This document shows, one piece after another, positions 50,115 through 63,222 of a DNA stretch of 64,000 bases. The position numbers and the translations under genes were made by a program. A model generated the notes under the pieces. That model searched no databases. It had not been told where the DNA came from and was given only the letters and a program-made list of their open reading frames with translations. The DNA is from Octopus vulgaris. Taxonomy: Eukaryota. Within the stretch, counting starts at the first letter, position 1, and each line of letters starts with the position of its first letter. The DNA is taken from NCBI GenBank assembly GCA_951406725.2, contig OX597830.1, positions 52,638,001 through 52,702,000 on the forward strand. Direction: 5' to 3'.

Positions 50115-52661
50115 TTAAGGGTAAGCATGAATACTCATCCACTTGCACATGAATGAATTTTGCGAGCAGGCTTTTCCATTGATTGAATTAACTGGAACCC
50201 TTGTCATTACTACCCAAAAGCTAGGCCATGGGGAGAATGTTCTGTGCGTGTTTTTGTTTGGATGTATACTTGTGTGTGTGTATGTATGTGTCTGTGTACA
50301 GGTTTGCCTTTGTGTGTGTGTGTAGTTACATAACAATACAAGAGAAACGCACATACCTACCAGGCTATACACACTTCATCGTTATTGTGTAAAAAATGTT
50401 TTGTATTGTTTACATGCATAAAATTACACATACACACTCACGCACGCAAAACTACACTTATACACATTAAAACACACAAAACTAAATTTATGCACATAAC
50501 CACACACAAAATTACAGATACACTGATACTCACATGCACACACACAGGCTCAAAGATAATTCTGTGTGACCTAAAGATGACAGTTAAATGTCTTCTATTA
50601 ATTAGTTCTATCACCTGCAGTGGCTCAAATATAAATCTCTTTCACCTAACATGGACATTTCTAAAGCAAAAGACTTCATTTTTTAAATTTTTTTTTTTAG
50701 ATATTTCCTTAGAGGTAAAATTTGGCAACAAAAGAAGCAGAAATTGATTAATCATCTGAGAAAAGAAGCCTGCCAAATCCAATGAATGCTTCATTAATCA
50801 ATATCTTATCGAATAGTTAATGAATTCTACACTCTGTAATTTTATTTTGTAAATGTTAATTTGGTTAAGTCAAGACAAACAGTTAAAATTATTTTGTTTA
50901 ACGAGTTCTCATAAAACTCATCTTTGTTGCAGAAAGTGAAGAAGGTATTAGATCATCATCATCATCGTTTAACGTCCGTTTTCCATGCTAGCATGGGTTG
51001 GACGGTTTGACCAGGGTTTGGGAATCCAGGAGGCTGCACCAGGCTCCAGTCTGATCTGGCAGTTTCTACGACTGGATGCCCTTCCTAACGCCAACCACTC
51101 CGTGAGTGTAGTGGGTGCTTTTTACGTGCCACCGGCACAGGTGCCAGGCAAGGCTGGCAACAGCCACGATCGGTTGGTGCTTTTTACATGCCACCAGCAC
51201 TAGTATCACAACTACAATTTCCATTGATTTTTTGATCAATTTCAATCAATGGAAATTGTAGACATAAAAATATAAAGTTTCCATAAGACTAGTGTTTCAT
51301 TAAGGGCTTTTCTGTGTGTTTGTCTTTGTTTTAACTTATATTTAGGAATAAAAGCAGCGTCTATTACCCTTTAGAAAACCTCCAAGACTGGTCTGATGGA
51401 GGTATCCTTAAACCGGAAACCTACCCCCAAATACTTGTTGAATAAATGAACACTGCTAAAGGCCATTCAAGCAAGCTAAGAGTAGGAATTGAATGTAAAG
51501 AGCTAGAACAAATATTACAAGGCAGTCATTTGGATGGGGTTTTTTTTACAATTCCACCAATGTACCACTCTAGATTGGTTGTTCTTTTCTGACCCCTGAG
51601 AGAATGAAAGGCAAAGTTGACCTCAATTGGACTTGAACTTAGGCTACAGAAAGTCAGAACAAATGTTACAAGGCATTATGATTATGGCAATATATCATTT
51701 AACTTAGAATAAGATGGATAAGCTATGTGTTGTTAGTTAAGACAGGCTGTATCACAGATGGAGTGGTCATCTTTATATAATAGTACCTTCTTGCAACTAA
51801 GTAGAGGTAGACTGGACAGTTGACAGAAAAGTGTCTTGGTCATGGACAGAGCATGGTGAACTATATGAAACTGATACCTATTTACAGTTTGGAAGACCGT
51901 TTTTGGTGAAGTGCCCTCAACATAGACACAGTACAATGAACAGTGCTACACTGTGGTACCAAATTATAACCAGCTAGGTAAACTGGACTTTTGACAGTTA
52001 AGTGTCTTGGTCATGAACATAGTACAATAAACTCTACCACACTGTGGTACCTAATTATAGCCAGATACACTGGACTATAGACGGTTAAGTATCTTGGTCA
52101 TATTGCTATGAACCGGTGATCATTCAGTGGGTAATACCCTTTTCTTTAGACTAGCTGTCATTACCTTAGAAAGGTTTTTCTGTCTCCTTTTATCCATTTT
52201 CCTGTACTCTCATAGAGAGACGGTTCATTTGTTTCTACAGCTGCAGGAATATACTTTTCTGCCACTAACCACTCAACTGTGATGAAGTAGGGACTAGTGA
52301 AAACCTTGTTTTGGCTAAGCCATGCAGACTAAATGAAGCAAAGTGTCATATCACAGTGACTGTATTAAGATCTGACCACACAACCATGTGGTCAGTAGTC
52401 CAGCACCTTAACCCCATAATGTTTGTGTTCCAGTTGTAAGATTCTTCAAGGAGCAGTGTAAAAGATTTTCCCACTCCAGACACACAGACAAATACTTGAA
52501 GTGGTTTTGACTTATTGACCCATTACTTTCTAAACAATTAACTATGTAAACACTAAATGTTTTCCTTAATTAAATCCTAATTTGTTGTTTTCATTCATTA
52601 ACAATTCTTAATATTTCATTTTATTGTAATTATCATTATTTTTCTTTCCTGATTCTTACAG

Positions 52662-52765
52662 ATTATTCCTGTGCATACCAAGGAGATATTCTCCTACAGG
52701 GACACCTGTACATATCCCTTGGTTGGTTTTGTTTCTATTCCAAGATCAGAGGCCGTGGCAGGCAT
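52662..52765 (+). CDS. GRAMD2B: GRAM domain core (HYSCAYQGDILLQGHLYISLGWFCFYSKIRGRGRH)
   Basis: TTACAG acceptor, CAT|GTAAGT donor; 104 nt, phase 1 to 0; SCA..DILLQG.LY.S..W.CFYS GRAM signature. Confidence 0.93.
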
Positions 52766-53526
52766 GTAAGTAACATTCCCCTTGCTTTTGAGAGCTGGAA
52801 TCATATGTGACCCACATAGCTGACATGTGTGGCACATTGATCCCACTATACAATCACATGGAGAGGAAGGCAAAGACACGCACTAACATATTACAACTAC
52901 TGGCCCTTTTTTGCTCTGTCTTTTCTGTCTCTTCTATTGAGACCACAATGATTATGGCCCCTTTGAACTAGCAAGGCTCACCCAATGTACTTCTCCTCAT
53001 CTCCATTTAGGTCCATTCAATATCTCTGTTCTCTCCCCCACTCTGGTTCTCTCAAGCCCGCCCTATGTCTGTCCTCTCCTCCACTCACCATCCCTCTTGT
53101 GTTCCCCTATGCACCACACATTTGCTGTACTTTCATGGAACTTGAACTTACCATATGTGCCACATGTTTTGCAAAGTTACAGCCATTACCATTTCTGAGT
53201 TATTTTATTTCATGTAGAAAAGTATGATTGGTTATTGATTTCCGATTGGTCAGTCAGCAGTTCACTGAATCTATTACGGAAAGAGTGACAAGAGAGCATC
53301 AGTGCAACTTAAGGCAAAACAAATATACTCTAGGGTATTGTAGTCCAGAGACATCTGTTCATTTGATTTGTTGCTGATGTTTACATGTATTGCTGATCTA
53401 TCTTGGCAAAAGATACAGAGGTACAGACACACATATAATGGGCTTCCTGCACAGATTCCATCTAGCAAATTCTATTTACAAGCCATTGGTCAACTTGAAG
53501 CTGTGGTGGAAGTTCTAACAGGTCAT

Positions 53527-53925
53527 ACTCTCTTTACTCTTTTACTTGTTTCAGTCATTTGACTGCGGCCATGCTGGAGCACCACCTTTTGTCGATCAAA
53601 TCGACCCCGGGACTTATTCTTTGTAAGCCCAGTACTTATTCTATCGGTCTCTTTTGCCGAACCGCTAAGTGACGGGGACGTAAAAACACCAGCATCGGTT
53701 GTCAAGCAATGCTAGGGGGACAAACACAGACACACAAACACACATACACATATATACATATATACGACAGGCTTCTTTCAGTTTACGTCTACCAAATCCA
53801 CTCACAAGGCATTGGTCGGGCCGGGGCTATAGCAGAAGACACTTGCCCAAGATGCCACGCAGTGGGACTGAACCCGGAACCATGTGGTTGGTTAGCAAGC
53901 TACTTACCACACAGCCACTCCTGCG
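53527..53925 (-). mobile_element. SINE family B
   Basis: Full-length reverse copy. Confidence 0.88.
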
Positions 53926-54278
53926 TCATGAAGTTTTATAATGAAGTTCTCTTTACCACATGGCCATACCTGTCCATAGACATAATACATAAGATAGTTA
54001 CACACATGTATGCACACACACACACACACACTTGCACTTGCACAGTAGGTTATCTCCTAGTTTCTGTTTCAGTTAAATGTTCATTCCTTGACCTGGTATT
54101 GACCAACCCAAAGCTGTGCCAAAAGACATTTGCCCAAAGTGTGAAGATGTGACCCAATGTAATTGAATTTAGAATCATTTAGTTGCGAAACAAACTTATT
54201 AACCACACACAACCACAGCTGTCTGTCTCTTTAAGGTTGTCTTTGAATAACGGTGGAACTTGGCGTCCTTTCTTTCAG

Positions 54279-54374
54279 ATTGAAATCCCTCTTGACAATG
54301 TTCTTAGTGTAACCAAAGAGAAAACAGCATTCATCATTCCAAATGCAATCGGAGTACAAACCACAACAGAGAAG
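54279..54374 (+). CDS. GRAMD2B: GRAM domain (IEIPLDNVLSVTKEKTAFIIPNAIGVQTTTEK)
   Basis: TTTCAG acceptor, AAG|GTAAGA donor; 96 nt, phase 0 to 0; KEKTA..IPNAI GRAM signature. Confidence 0.93.
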
Positions 54375-54406
54375 GTAAGAAATGAAACTCTACACTTTGA
54401 AGTAAT

Positions 54407-54445
<39 letters not shown>

Positions 54446-57400
54446 TGTGTGTGTGTGTGTGTGCGTGCGTGTGCGTGCGTGTGTGCGTGCGTGCACGCAC
54501 GTAATTTAGCGTTGTGCTACTCTATTACTGCCATTATTAAACTTCTTTGTACGTGTAGTTGTGTGTGTATGTGTGTTATACATACACACACACACACACC
54601 TCACAATATCCTGACTAGGTTGATATTGTATATATGTAATATGGAAAATATATGCACTGTATGATAAACAATAACTAAATAGCTGGAAATTTTGTAATTA
54701 TCACATAACTATAATAATAAAAGGTAAAATTAATTAATCAATTAATAATTAATAATCTTTTTTTTGCTGAACCCTAATTATAATTATGCTTATAATTATA
54801 GAATTTTTGTATCATATAACTATATATATTTATGTGATATTTACAGTATTTTCTGCAATTTTATTATTGTTTATCATATTCGGCATATAGTGTATTTATT
54901 TTCCATATCATCATGCTGGCATAGGTTAAAGAGTTTGACTGGCGCTGGTAAGGCCAGGGACCACGCCAGGTTCCATTGTCTGTTCTGGCATGGTTTCTAC
55001 AGCTGGATGCCCTTCCTAATGCTAACCAGAGTGTACTGGGTCTTTCTACGTGACACCAGCACCAGTATCAATTCTGCTGAGGGAGACGGACTTTCTTTAG
55101 TACAGCAAAGCACCAGATATCTCGGTCATCTCCTTCATGAGGCTCAATGTCTTGAGATCAAACTTCAGTACTTCACACTGTCTTCCTGGATCTCCCTCTT
55201 CCACGAGTTCCATCCGCTTAAAGTGGTCAGCACTTCTGTATGCAATTGTGTACATCATCCATATGACCAAACCAACACAGTCTTCTCTTTTGCACCCTGC
55301 ATCTAATTCCTCTTCGGACCTTTTCTTTCAATACACTAGCGCTCTGTTACACATACTGACATTGCACATCCATGCCATATGTATTCATTACCAACCCATA
55401 CTATTTAACAATACAGAATGTAAAAGTTAAAAAGTAAATTTTTAATTTCATTTACTTGTGGTACATGACAGACTAGAAGCATATTGAAACATTGCTGTAG
55501 TAATCCAAGCTTTTCTGTTTGCTTGTCTAATGGTTGGTAGCATTCTTTTAAATTCTTTTGCAAGTGGCAGCAGCATTTGTTTCAGTTTAAATTCACCAGC
55601 TATATTGCCAGAAAAATAGCTGTGTCAGCCTATCATTTGTTACTTTCTGCTCAAGTTCAAAAGTTTAGATAAATTTTCTTACAACCTCTTTATCTGCTAG
55701 TTTAAGATGATGCATAATTATCCTTTACAGCTTGTTCTACCATATTTGTTATGAGTCTTTGCTTTTAATAAAATTTTCGTTTTTCCCCATGAAACCCCAT
55801 TTTTTGGACATATTTATTACCAACATATTTCCTGCAATACATGTATATCCTTTAGTTTTGTTTTATCTTCATTATCCCATCTCAAAAGATTTTTTTGCCT
55901 TGCAAGTTACTTGGTGACCCTGTCAGTGCAGGTGCCACATAAAAGGCACCCAGTCTACACTGTAAAGTGGTTGGCGTTTGGAAGGGCATCCAGCTGTAAA
56001 AATCCTGCCAAAACAGTCACAGAAGTCTGGTGCAGGCTTCTATCTGGCAGGCTGCTGTCAAACCGTCCCACCCATGCCAGCATGGAAGGCGGACATTAAA
56101 CGATGATGATGATGATGATTATATATTACGCACGTATGTATATGCATACATGCAAGTGTGTGTATAGGCTATGGCATAACTGCATTCAAGGACTTCATTT
56201 CACAACCACAAGCTTGCTGGTTTGTTGTCACTATGCATCATCCATATATTCTCAGGCTGACGTGACATTGGTAGATGGAATGAACACAATAGCCTGTCGC
56301 GCGCGTCTTTCCGTCGTCCTGCTATTTGTGTGCTGTGTAAAAAAAAAAAAACAAACATGTCCAGTGATTGAGCTGTTGGTCTTTCAAACGACCAAGGAAA
56401 ACAAGTACCTTACTTGGAAACAAGTGACCGCTGACATGAAAAAAAAAAACGGTCGTTAAAACAAGGAAGAGAAGGGTGGGTGGTGGTGGTCGTAGTGGTA
56501 TACAGCAATTTTGGACTTAGTACTACTAACACTGGGGGGGGGGTAACATTAGTGATTATAAACAAGACCGAGTTATTCCCCCTCGTAAAGATCATCTCAA
56601 TAATTAATTCAAGGGAATTTGCATTTCGGTAAGAATTTATTTCTAAAAAAAATTAACTGCATAGCTTTTAAATATAATTTTAATTGCTAATTAATTTACA
56701 TAACAAACTCTCGAGATGCTATAAACCAATCATTCCATTAAATAAAACTTAATAAATGGTCGATTATGAGTTAGTTTTCTAGGGGTTTTTTGTGTGTTGT
56801 GATGGTGTTTTTGTTTATTTTTTCCTGTTTATTTATATATAAACCCAGCAGCAATATCATTGCCAGTAATATTGCTCCTGAAGAGAGTTCAAGTAATTAG
56901 AAACGGGCAATTAATGATAGCACTAATAAAAAAATAATTAAACTCTGCATAATTATATGTATTGAGTACTTCGTTAATTAATGGTTGTCTTGGTTATTTA
57001 CGTAAGATCACCAGGTGTGTATGTGTGTCTGTGTCACTGTGTCTATGTGTGTTTGTGTATCTATATGTGTGTGTGTGTTTCTTTGTGCGTGTGTATGTGT
57101 AAACACACTTCACACACACACACACACACCAAACACGTTGAGAGTGCTTCACATGGAACCACTTGCTGCTATTTTAAGCAAAACCGAAAGTAATCTGCAA
57201 GACATCATTGTTAAGTGAAGTGTGACCGACATACCTTTCTCTCTCTCTCTCCTTCCCTCTCTCTCTTTACAAACCTGCTGCTTATTACATAGAACAATTC
57301 TGTATATATATGCTAACATACTTCTACTAGTTACAGTCCTGGCTTGCCAGAATAAATTATGTTACTTCAAACTAAAAATATGGATTCTTCACCTGGCACA

Positions 57401-58264
57401 AATAGTAAAACTACAAATTAGTTTTTGTGTGTTTGTGTGTGTGTGTGCTGTGTTTTAAGGATATTTTGGGGATTTTTTATATATTTTGTACAGTTTCTAA
57501 TTTGGTGCTTCCTAATTCTAGATAGAATAGTTTGCCAGATTCAACTTTTGCAATGGACCAAATGTCTTGTGTTACTGGAACATTGGAATGGTAGAGCAAC
57601 AGAACTGCCTTGTTCAGTTTAGTTACATCACATTAAATGGGTTCAAATAATGCTACTTACTGTCAATGTGGGGGGTTCAATAAAATTATGGTTTAGTCAA
57701 GTGTCGGGGGTCAGTTATAGTCAATTATACCCTTTTTCAAATATATGTTATTGGTATGTCTGCATATGTACACGCGTGTGTTGTGTGTACGTGTCCTGTA
57801 CATCCATGTGTGTTTCTGTCTTTGTTATCTTGCCGCTGAGACCCAGGTCACCCTTCATCAGCCATGCCTGTGATCAGAAGAGTTCTAACCATTGTTGGGA
57901 AATACATTGCTATTTCTTTCCGGACGAGGGACCATTTTCGAGACTGCTAGTTGACTAGTTTGTGTGTGTGTGTGATTATGAACTAACTTACATAACCATC
58001 ACCACAGCTGCTTGGTCTTTGGTTTTCTTTCCATGTTGTTGTTGCTGCTGTTGTTGTTGTTGTTATTGCAGTAAGGCAGTGAGCTGGCAGAATCACTAAG
58101 CATGCCAGGCAAAATGCTTAACAGCTTTTCATTCGTCTTTATGTTGTGAGTTCAATTTCCTCTGAGGTTTATTTTGTCTTTCATTCTTTCTGGGTCGATA
58201 AAATAAGTACCAGTAATCAACTCATCTCCTCCCCCCAAATTGCCCTTGTAGTAAAATTTGAAAC

Positions 58265-58312
<48 letters not shown>

Positions 58313-58763
58313 GTGGTGGATTGACAGGCTTGTTGGAGCATTGGTAAAAATGCTTCCTAGTATTCCTTCTGATTCATTTTGTTCCAAGTTCAAATTTGGC
58401 CAAGGTTGACTTTGTATGTGTAAACACACTTCACACACACACACACACACACACCAAACACGTTGAGAGTGCTTCTTGTCTAATGGTTGGTAGCATTCTT
58501 TCAAACTCCTTTCAAAGCTCTAGGATTTTCAATGCATTGTGCCTACCTTTTACTCCCCAATCCTGTCCACATGGGCCCTGGAGATTGGGTAACCATGTAT
58601 CTCTTTTGTGGCAGCACACCTGTTTCTGTATTCATTCCTGATCTCTCTCTCTCTCCTTTTGGAGTTGGTAAAATAACTACCAGTTGAGCACTAGGATCAA
58701 TGCAGCCAATTAGCCTCCTTCTCCCAAAATTCCAGGCCTATAATAGAAAGGATTGTTGTTGTT

Positions 58764-58818
<55 letters not shown>

Positions 58819-59289
58819 CAGCAGCAGCAGCAGCAGCAGTAGTAAAGGTGGAATCGTTAGCACTCCAGGTAAAATGCTTAGCAGCATTTCATCCATTCTT
58901 ATGTTCTATTCAAATTCCGCTGAGATCAACTTTGCCTTTCATCTTTTTGGGCTTCATAAATTAAGTACCAGTTGCATACTGGAGTTGATCTAATTGACTG
59001 CACCACCACCACCCCTTTCACAATTTCAGGCCTTGTGCCTATAGTAGAAAGGATTATTATTATTATTATTATAAAGGCAGAATCGTTAGCACGCTGGACA
59101 AAATGCTTACTGGCATTTCCTCTGTCTCCACATTCTGAGTGCAAATTTCACCATGGACAACTTTCCTTTTCATCCTTTTGGGGTTGAATAAATAAGTACC
59201 AATTGAGCAATGGGGTTGACATAATTGACTTACCCCTCCCCCAAAATTGCTGGCCTTCTACCAAAATTTGAAACCATTGTTGTTGTTAT

Positions 59290-59605
59290 CATTATTATTA
59301 TTCAGTAGTTTTATTTTTATAGCATGCTTTCACTTCACTACCAAGCGCAGCTCTGTGTGCCTTGGGTATGTGCTGTGGTTTGCTGTGATGCTCTGATGGT
59401 TACTGTATTGAAAGTGTTCTGCGTAGGATGTGTGCAGTACCCTGTAGTGCAATTTTCTGTATGTTATATGTGTTTGTAAGTCCTGGTGTTTTTGCTGTGT
59501 ATTTGTCTGAATATTATTTTATCATACCTAATGCCCCTACTATGATAGTAGTTGTTTCTGTTTTTAGATTCCACATTCGGGCTACCTCTATTTCCAGGTC
59601 TTTGT
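59290..59605 (-). mobile_element. RLE-type LINE 3' end
   Basis: Minus strand DLEIEVARMWNLKTETTTIIVGALGM...QKIALQGTAHILR; (TAA)n tail. Confidence 0.7.
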
Positions 59606-59753
59606 ATTATCATCATTAAATCATAATAATAATAATAATAGCAGCTTGCTCTTTGATGCTTTTTCTTCTGTATTAAACTCTAAATGATATAATTAAATTC
59701 AGCTTCGTTAGAGTTCATAATTATTTATCACAATCCTTTTTACTTTGTTTCAG

Positions 59754-59831
59754 TATGTTTTTGGCTCATTTGTATCCCGTGACGCTGCCTACAACTTAAT
59801 GCAAGATCTCTTTGACCGTTATCAGGAACTG
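59754..59831 (+). CDS. GRAMD2B: GRAM domain C-terminal helix (YVFGSFVSRDAAYNLMQDLFDRYQEL)
   Basis: TTTCAG acceptor, CTG|GTACGT donor; 78 nt; F.SF.SRD..Y signature. Confidence 0.9.
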
Positions 59832-60148
59832 GTACGTTTTACATTTTGGATATTAAATGACAATGATCATGATAGATAATGTATGTTGGGGTGCATCTTC
59901 CCCTTTTAAAGTCAGTTGGTGAAAGTGATGGACAGTCCTTCCTGTTGCTAACCTTTGCCCCTTTTTCAAGTTAGGAATCTCCTATTTCACTTCTTCAAAG
60001 GAGTAAAGCAAAGAGACGTTTTTGTTGGCCGGGTAAATGGCAACTGTGGATAAACTTACATAGATTGCAAGTGTAAACATACATACAGACTTGTGCACAA
60101 CCACATACACACATACACAGAAAGCCATACGCATATCTGCAGATAGCT

Positions 60149-60758
60149 ATGGTACGGCCTCACCTGGAATTTACATCACCGGTCTGGAACCCCTATCTTG
60201 CCCAGGATATTAATCGTCTGGAAACCATTCAGCGACGTGCAACCAAGAGAATACCCTCCATCAGGCATTTGCCATATTCTGAATGCCTTACTTTCCTGGG
60301 CATGGACACATTGAAACTCCGACGTCTGGCAGCTGACTTGGCAGACACCCATAAAATTATTAACCATCTTACTAACAATAACTCTGAGCACCTTTTCAAA
60401 CTCCACCTGTCTAACACCCGTGGACATGTTTACAAAGTCAGAAAACAGCACAGTTCCCATGACTTTCGGAAACATTTTTTCACGCTAAGAGTTGCTGAAG
60501 CATGGAACAAATTGCCGGCATCATTTGTTAGTTGTCAGAGCACGGCATCCTTCAAAAGTTCCAGGCTTCCTGAGATTCGCCAACATTTGCCAACACTACA
60601 CCTGATTTTCTCCCCTCCATACACCCACAAGCATGTATCTGACTCATACACTGTTCACTTTTCCAGACATTTGTACATTACTGCATATGCTTTATATGCA
60701 CTTTTTGACAAGTTTTGGTGCACCTGACTCTGTATACAATAATTTCATTATTATTATT
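60149..60758 (+). mobile_element. 5'-truncated CR1/L2-type LINE (ORF2 C-terminus plus 3' UTR)
   Basis: VRPHLEF.SPVWNPYL..DI..LE.IQRRATK..LRR...DL..TRGH..K..RKHFF.LRV..AWNKLP; ends in an (ATT)n tail. Confidence 0.88.
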
Positions 60759-61250
60759 TATATACACATGCACATGTCTCTGTGTGTGTAAGCCTACAAT
60801 CACAGTTTTAGAACTATGCTATTAACAATGCCAAAGTCTTGAAGTCAGTACTATAAGCTAGCAACCAAAACATTAATATTTGCAGTATGTCAAGCAGCAA
60901 GCTGGTAGAATCATTATCACACTGGGCAAAATGCTTATTGGTGTTTCGTCAGTCTTTAAATTCTGAGTTCAAATTCCACCGAGATCGACTTTGCCTGTCA
61001 TCTTTTTGGGGGTCAACGAAAAAGTACCAGTTGAGCACTGGGGTTGATGTACCCCTTTCCTACAAAATTTGAAATCATTATTTACAGTATGTCTATTGTT
61101 TACAGTAATAATCTGTAAACTGTGCACCTCTCATGATTCCTGTTGATAGCTTGGTGGATTGTATCAGCCAGAGTCTAATTATGTAGACACCTTACCCACA
61201 GGACCCAGTCTGAGTCCCTCTCTAATTGACCCTTTATTTTTCTTTTGCAG

Positions 61251-61298
61251 TCTGGAGATTCTTTTGCTGAGGAATCTGGGATTTCAGCAAAGTTTAAT
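61251..61298 (+). CDS. GRAMD2B: GRAM-domain protein linker exon (SGDSFAEESGISAKFN)
   Basis: CTAAT branch-like site, pyrimidine tract, TTGCAG acceptor, AAT|GTAAGT donor; 48 nt, phase 0 to 0. Confidence 0.8.
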
Positions 61299-61640
61299 GT
61301 AAGTAAAGATTCACAGTTTTGTTGTTGTTGTGGTGGTGGTGGTGGTGGTGGTGGTGGTGGCGGTGGCACTGCTACTGTTGTTGTTTTATTTGTTTATAGT
61401 CCCAGGTCAACTTTGATTAGACAAGACTTATGATTGAAAGTGTTTTAGCTGCCGCCATCCCAACTTCGTGTATAAGGGACTACATTGCCCTGTATGTTCT
61501 TCTTTATGTATGACAGAAGTGGATGATTTAAAGATTTGACTGCTATTTCTTGTAGCCAGTGACCACTTAGAGCTCTCCCACATTACCATGTCAGTGGTGG
61601 CAACAGTAGGGTAGTGGTGGTGGTATTATGATGGTTATAA

Positions 61641-61873
61641 GGCGGCGAGCTGGCGGAAACGTTAGCCACCCGGGTGAAATGCTTTGCAGTATATCGTCTG
61701 CCATTACGTTCTGAGTTCAAATTCTGCCAAGGTTGATTTTTGCCTTTCATCCTTTCGGGGTCGATTAAATAAGTACCAGTTACGCACTGGGGTCAATATA
61801 ATCGACTTAATCCATTTGTCTATCCTTGTTTGTCCTCTCTGTGTTTAGCCCCTTGTGGGTAAGTAAAGAAATA
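61641..61873 (+). mobile_element. SINE family A
   Basis: Full-length copy; 17-bp target-site duplication GGTATTATGATGGTTAT (61622-38 and 61874-90). Confidence 0.88.
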
Positions 61874-61988
61874 GGTATTATGATGGTTATGATGATGATT
61901 ATGATGGTTGTAGTAGTACTACTGCTTGTGGTGTTAGTATTGATTTGTTTGCTTTTCTTTATTCTTTTCTTCCTTACTTTTCTTTCAG

Positions 61989-62364
61989 GAATCTGGAGTA
62001 GCAGCTTTGGCAAAGTCAACTCTGTCGATGCCACTGAGTAAAAACAACCTTTCTGGCGCCATCATTCATCCGTTGATACCCAAGAGGAAAAGCCATTCGG
62101 AATCTAGTGTATTTTGTTCGGATTACAGTGGTGTCGCCGAAACAACGGATTCTGAAGATAACAAACTTTGCGCACCTGGAAAAACGAAAACCTACAAGCG
62201 AACTCCAGTGAAGGCAGCAATACCTTGTGTGAAAACCCAGTTTACAAGTTCGACACCCAATAAACCTCAAGTATCGCAGAAACCCTCATCTGTTGGGTCC
62301 AGCCATTCCAAAAAGCCTGTTACTGTCCATAATAGCTGGTTCATCATGCCTTATTTGTCACAGT
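61989..62364 (+). CDS. GRAMD2B: GRAM-domain protein low-complexity linker exon (ESGVAALAKSTLSMPL...FIMPYLSQ)
   Basis: TTTCAG acceptor; open frame matching ORF 62007..62426. Donor CAGT|GTAGGT chosen because only phase 1 keeps the next exon open. Confidence 0.72.
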
Positions 62365-62610
62365 GTAGGTACCTCCTTATTTGTCATGACAAACAGAGTA
62401 GTATGAACCTCCTCTGTCTGACATAGTTTATTTTTTCACCACTATATGTACCTCTTTCATATGTCAAAGTTTATGTACCTCCTCTATCTCTCTCAGTGTA
62501 TGTACCACTTTTGTATGTCACACTGTATGTACCTCTTTTCTATGCCACTGTGTATGTACCACTTCTATCTGTCAGAGTGTATGTACTTCATACTTCTATA
62601 TGTCACACAT
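62349..62610 (+). repeat. ~26-bp minisatellite (TGTATGTACCTC...TGTCACAG) overlapping the exon 3' end
   Basis: Repeated TATGTACC units; the first unit contains the splice donor. Confidence 0.75.
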
Positions 62611-62774
62611 ATGATGTTAGGATACATCAAACAGACAATACTGCACATTTATATATAAGGAAATGTTGTTTCATAAAAACAGCACAGTCTTACATATTAA
62701 CAAACGGTGTAATTTATCGTAGGCCGGCAGAGGTTCTATAAGAAATCAATATATCCCATTTGTTATCCATTCAG

Positions 62775-62832
62775 GTTTCAACTGTCAACAGACATATGAA
62801 TCTATATGCCAGTTAGCCCTCAAGTTACTACG
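62775..62832 (+). CDS. GRAMD2B: GRAM-domain protein exon (FNCQQTYESICQLALKLL-R)
   Basis: TTCAG acceptor, CG|GTAAGT donor; 58 nt; the other two frames contain stops. Confidence 0.75.
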
Positions 62833-63222
62833 GTAAGTCAAAATAATGGCTTTTAATCTCTTTCCCTCTAACATTCTTTTTCACAATTGTATTAAAATTC
62901 ATTGATCTTTATCAGTACACTCTGTATATCATTTGTATTTAACAGTGTCACAGAAAAAAAAACACTAGCTGTGCTCATGTGTATGTATTTATGTGCAGTA
63001 GTGGTGGTCGTGGTCATGGCGGCGGCTGTGGTCCGCTATTGTTTTTCTTTGTCAAAGCTACCAAACGTCAAGATTGTCTGCACTAAATAGTACTTATAGC
63101 ACTGTAGTTATACACTCTAACATATTATACAGGGCTTATAGTCCCTCTAACACACTATATGCACATACACGTACATATAGTACTGTAGTAGCATAGTAAT
63201 ACACTATATAGTACCTATATAT

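Noticed and set aside
56870-56950. CTGAAGA-GAGTT...AACTC possible hammerhead remnant
   Set aside because: No GAAA after the stem II partner and no cleavage triplet; at most a truncated relic.
62445-62610. Regularly spaced repeats resembling a CRISPR array
   Set aside because: Eukaryotic context, degenerate contiguous units without unique spacers, and no cas genes.
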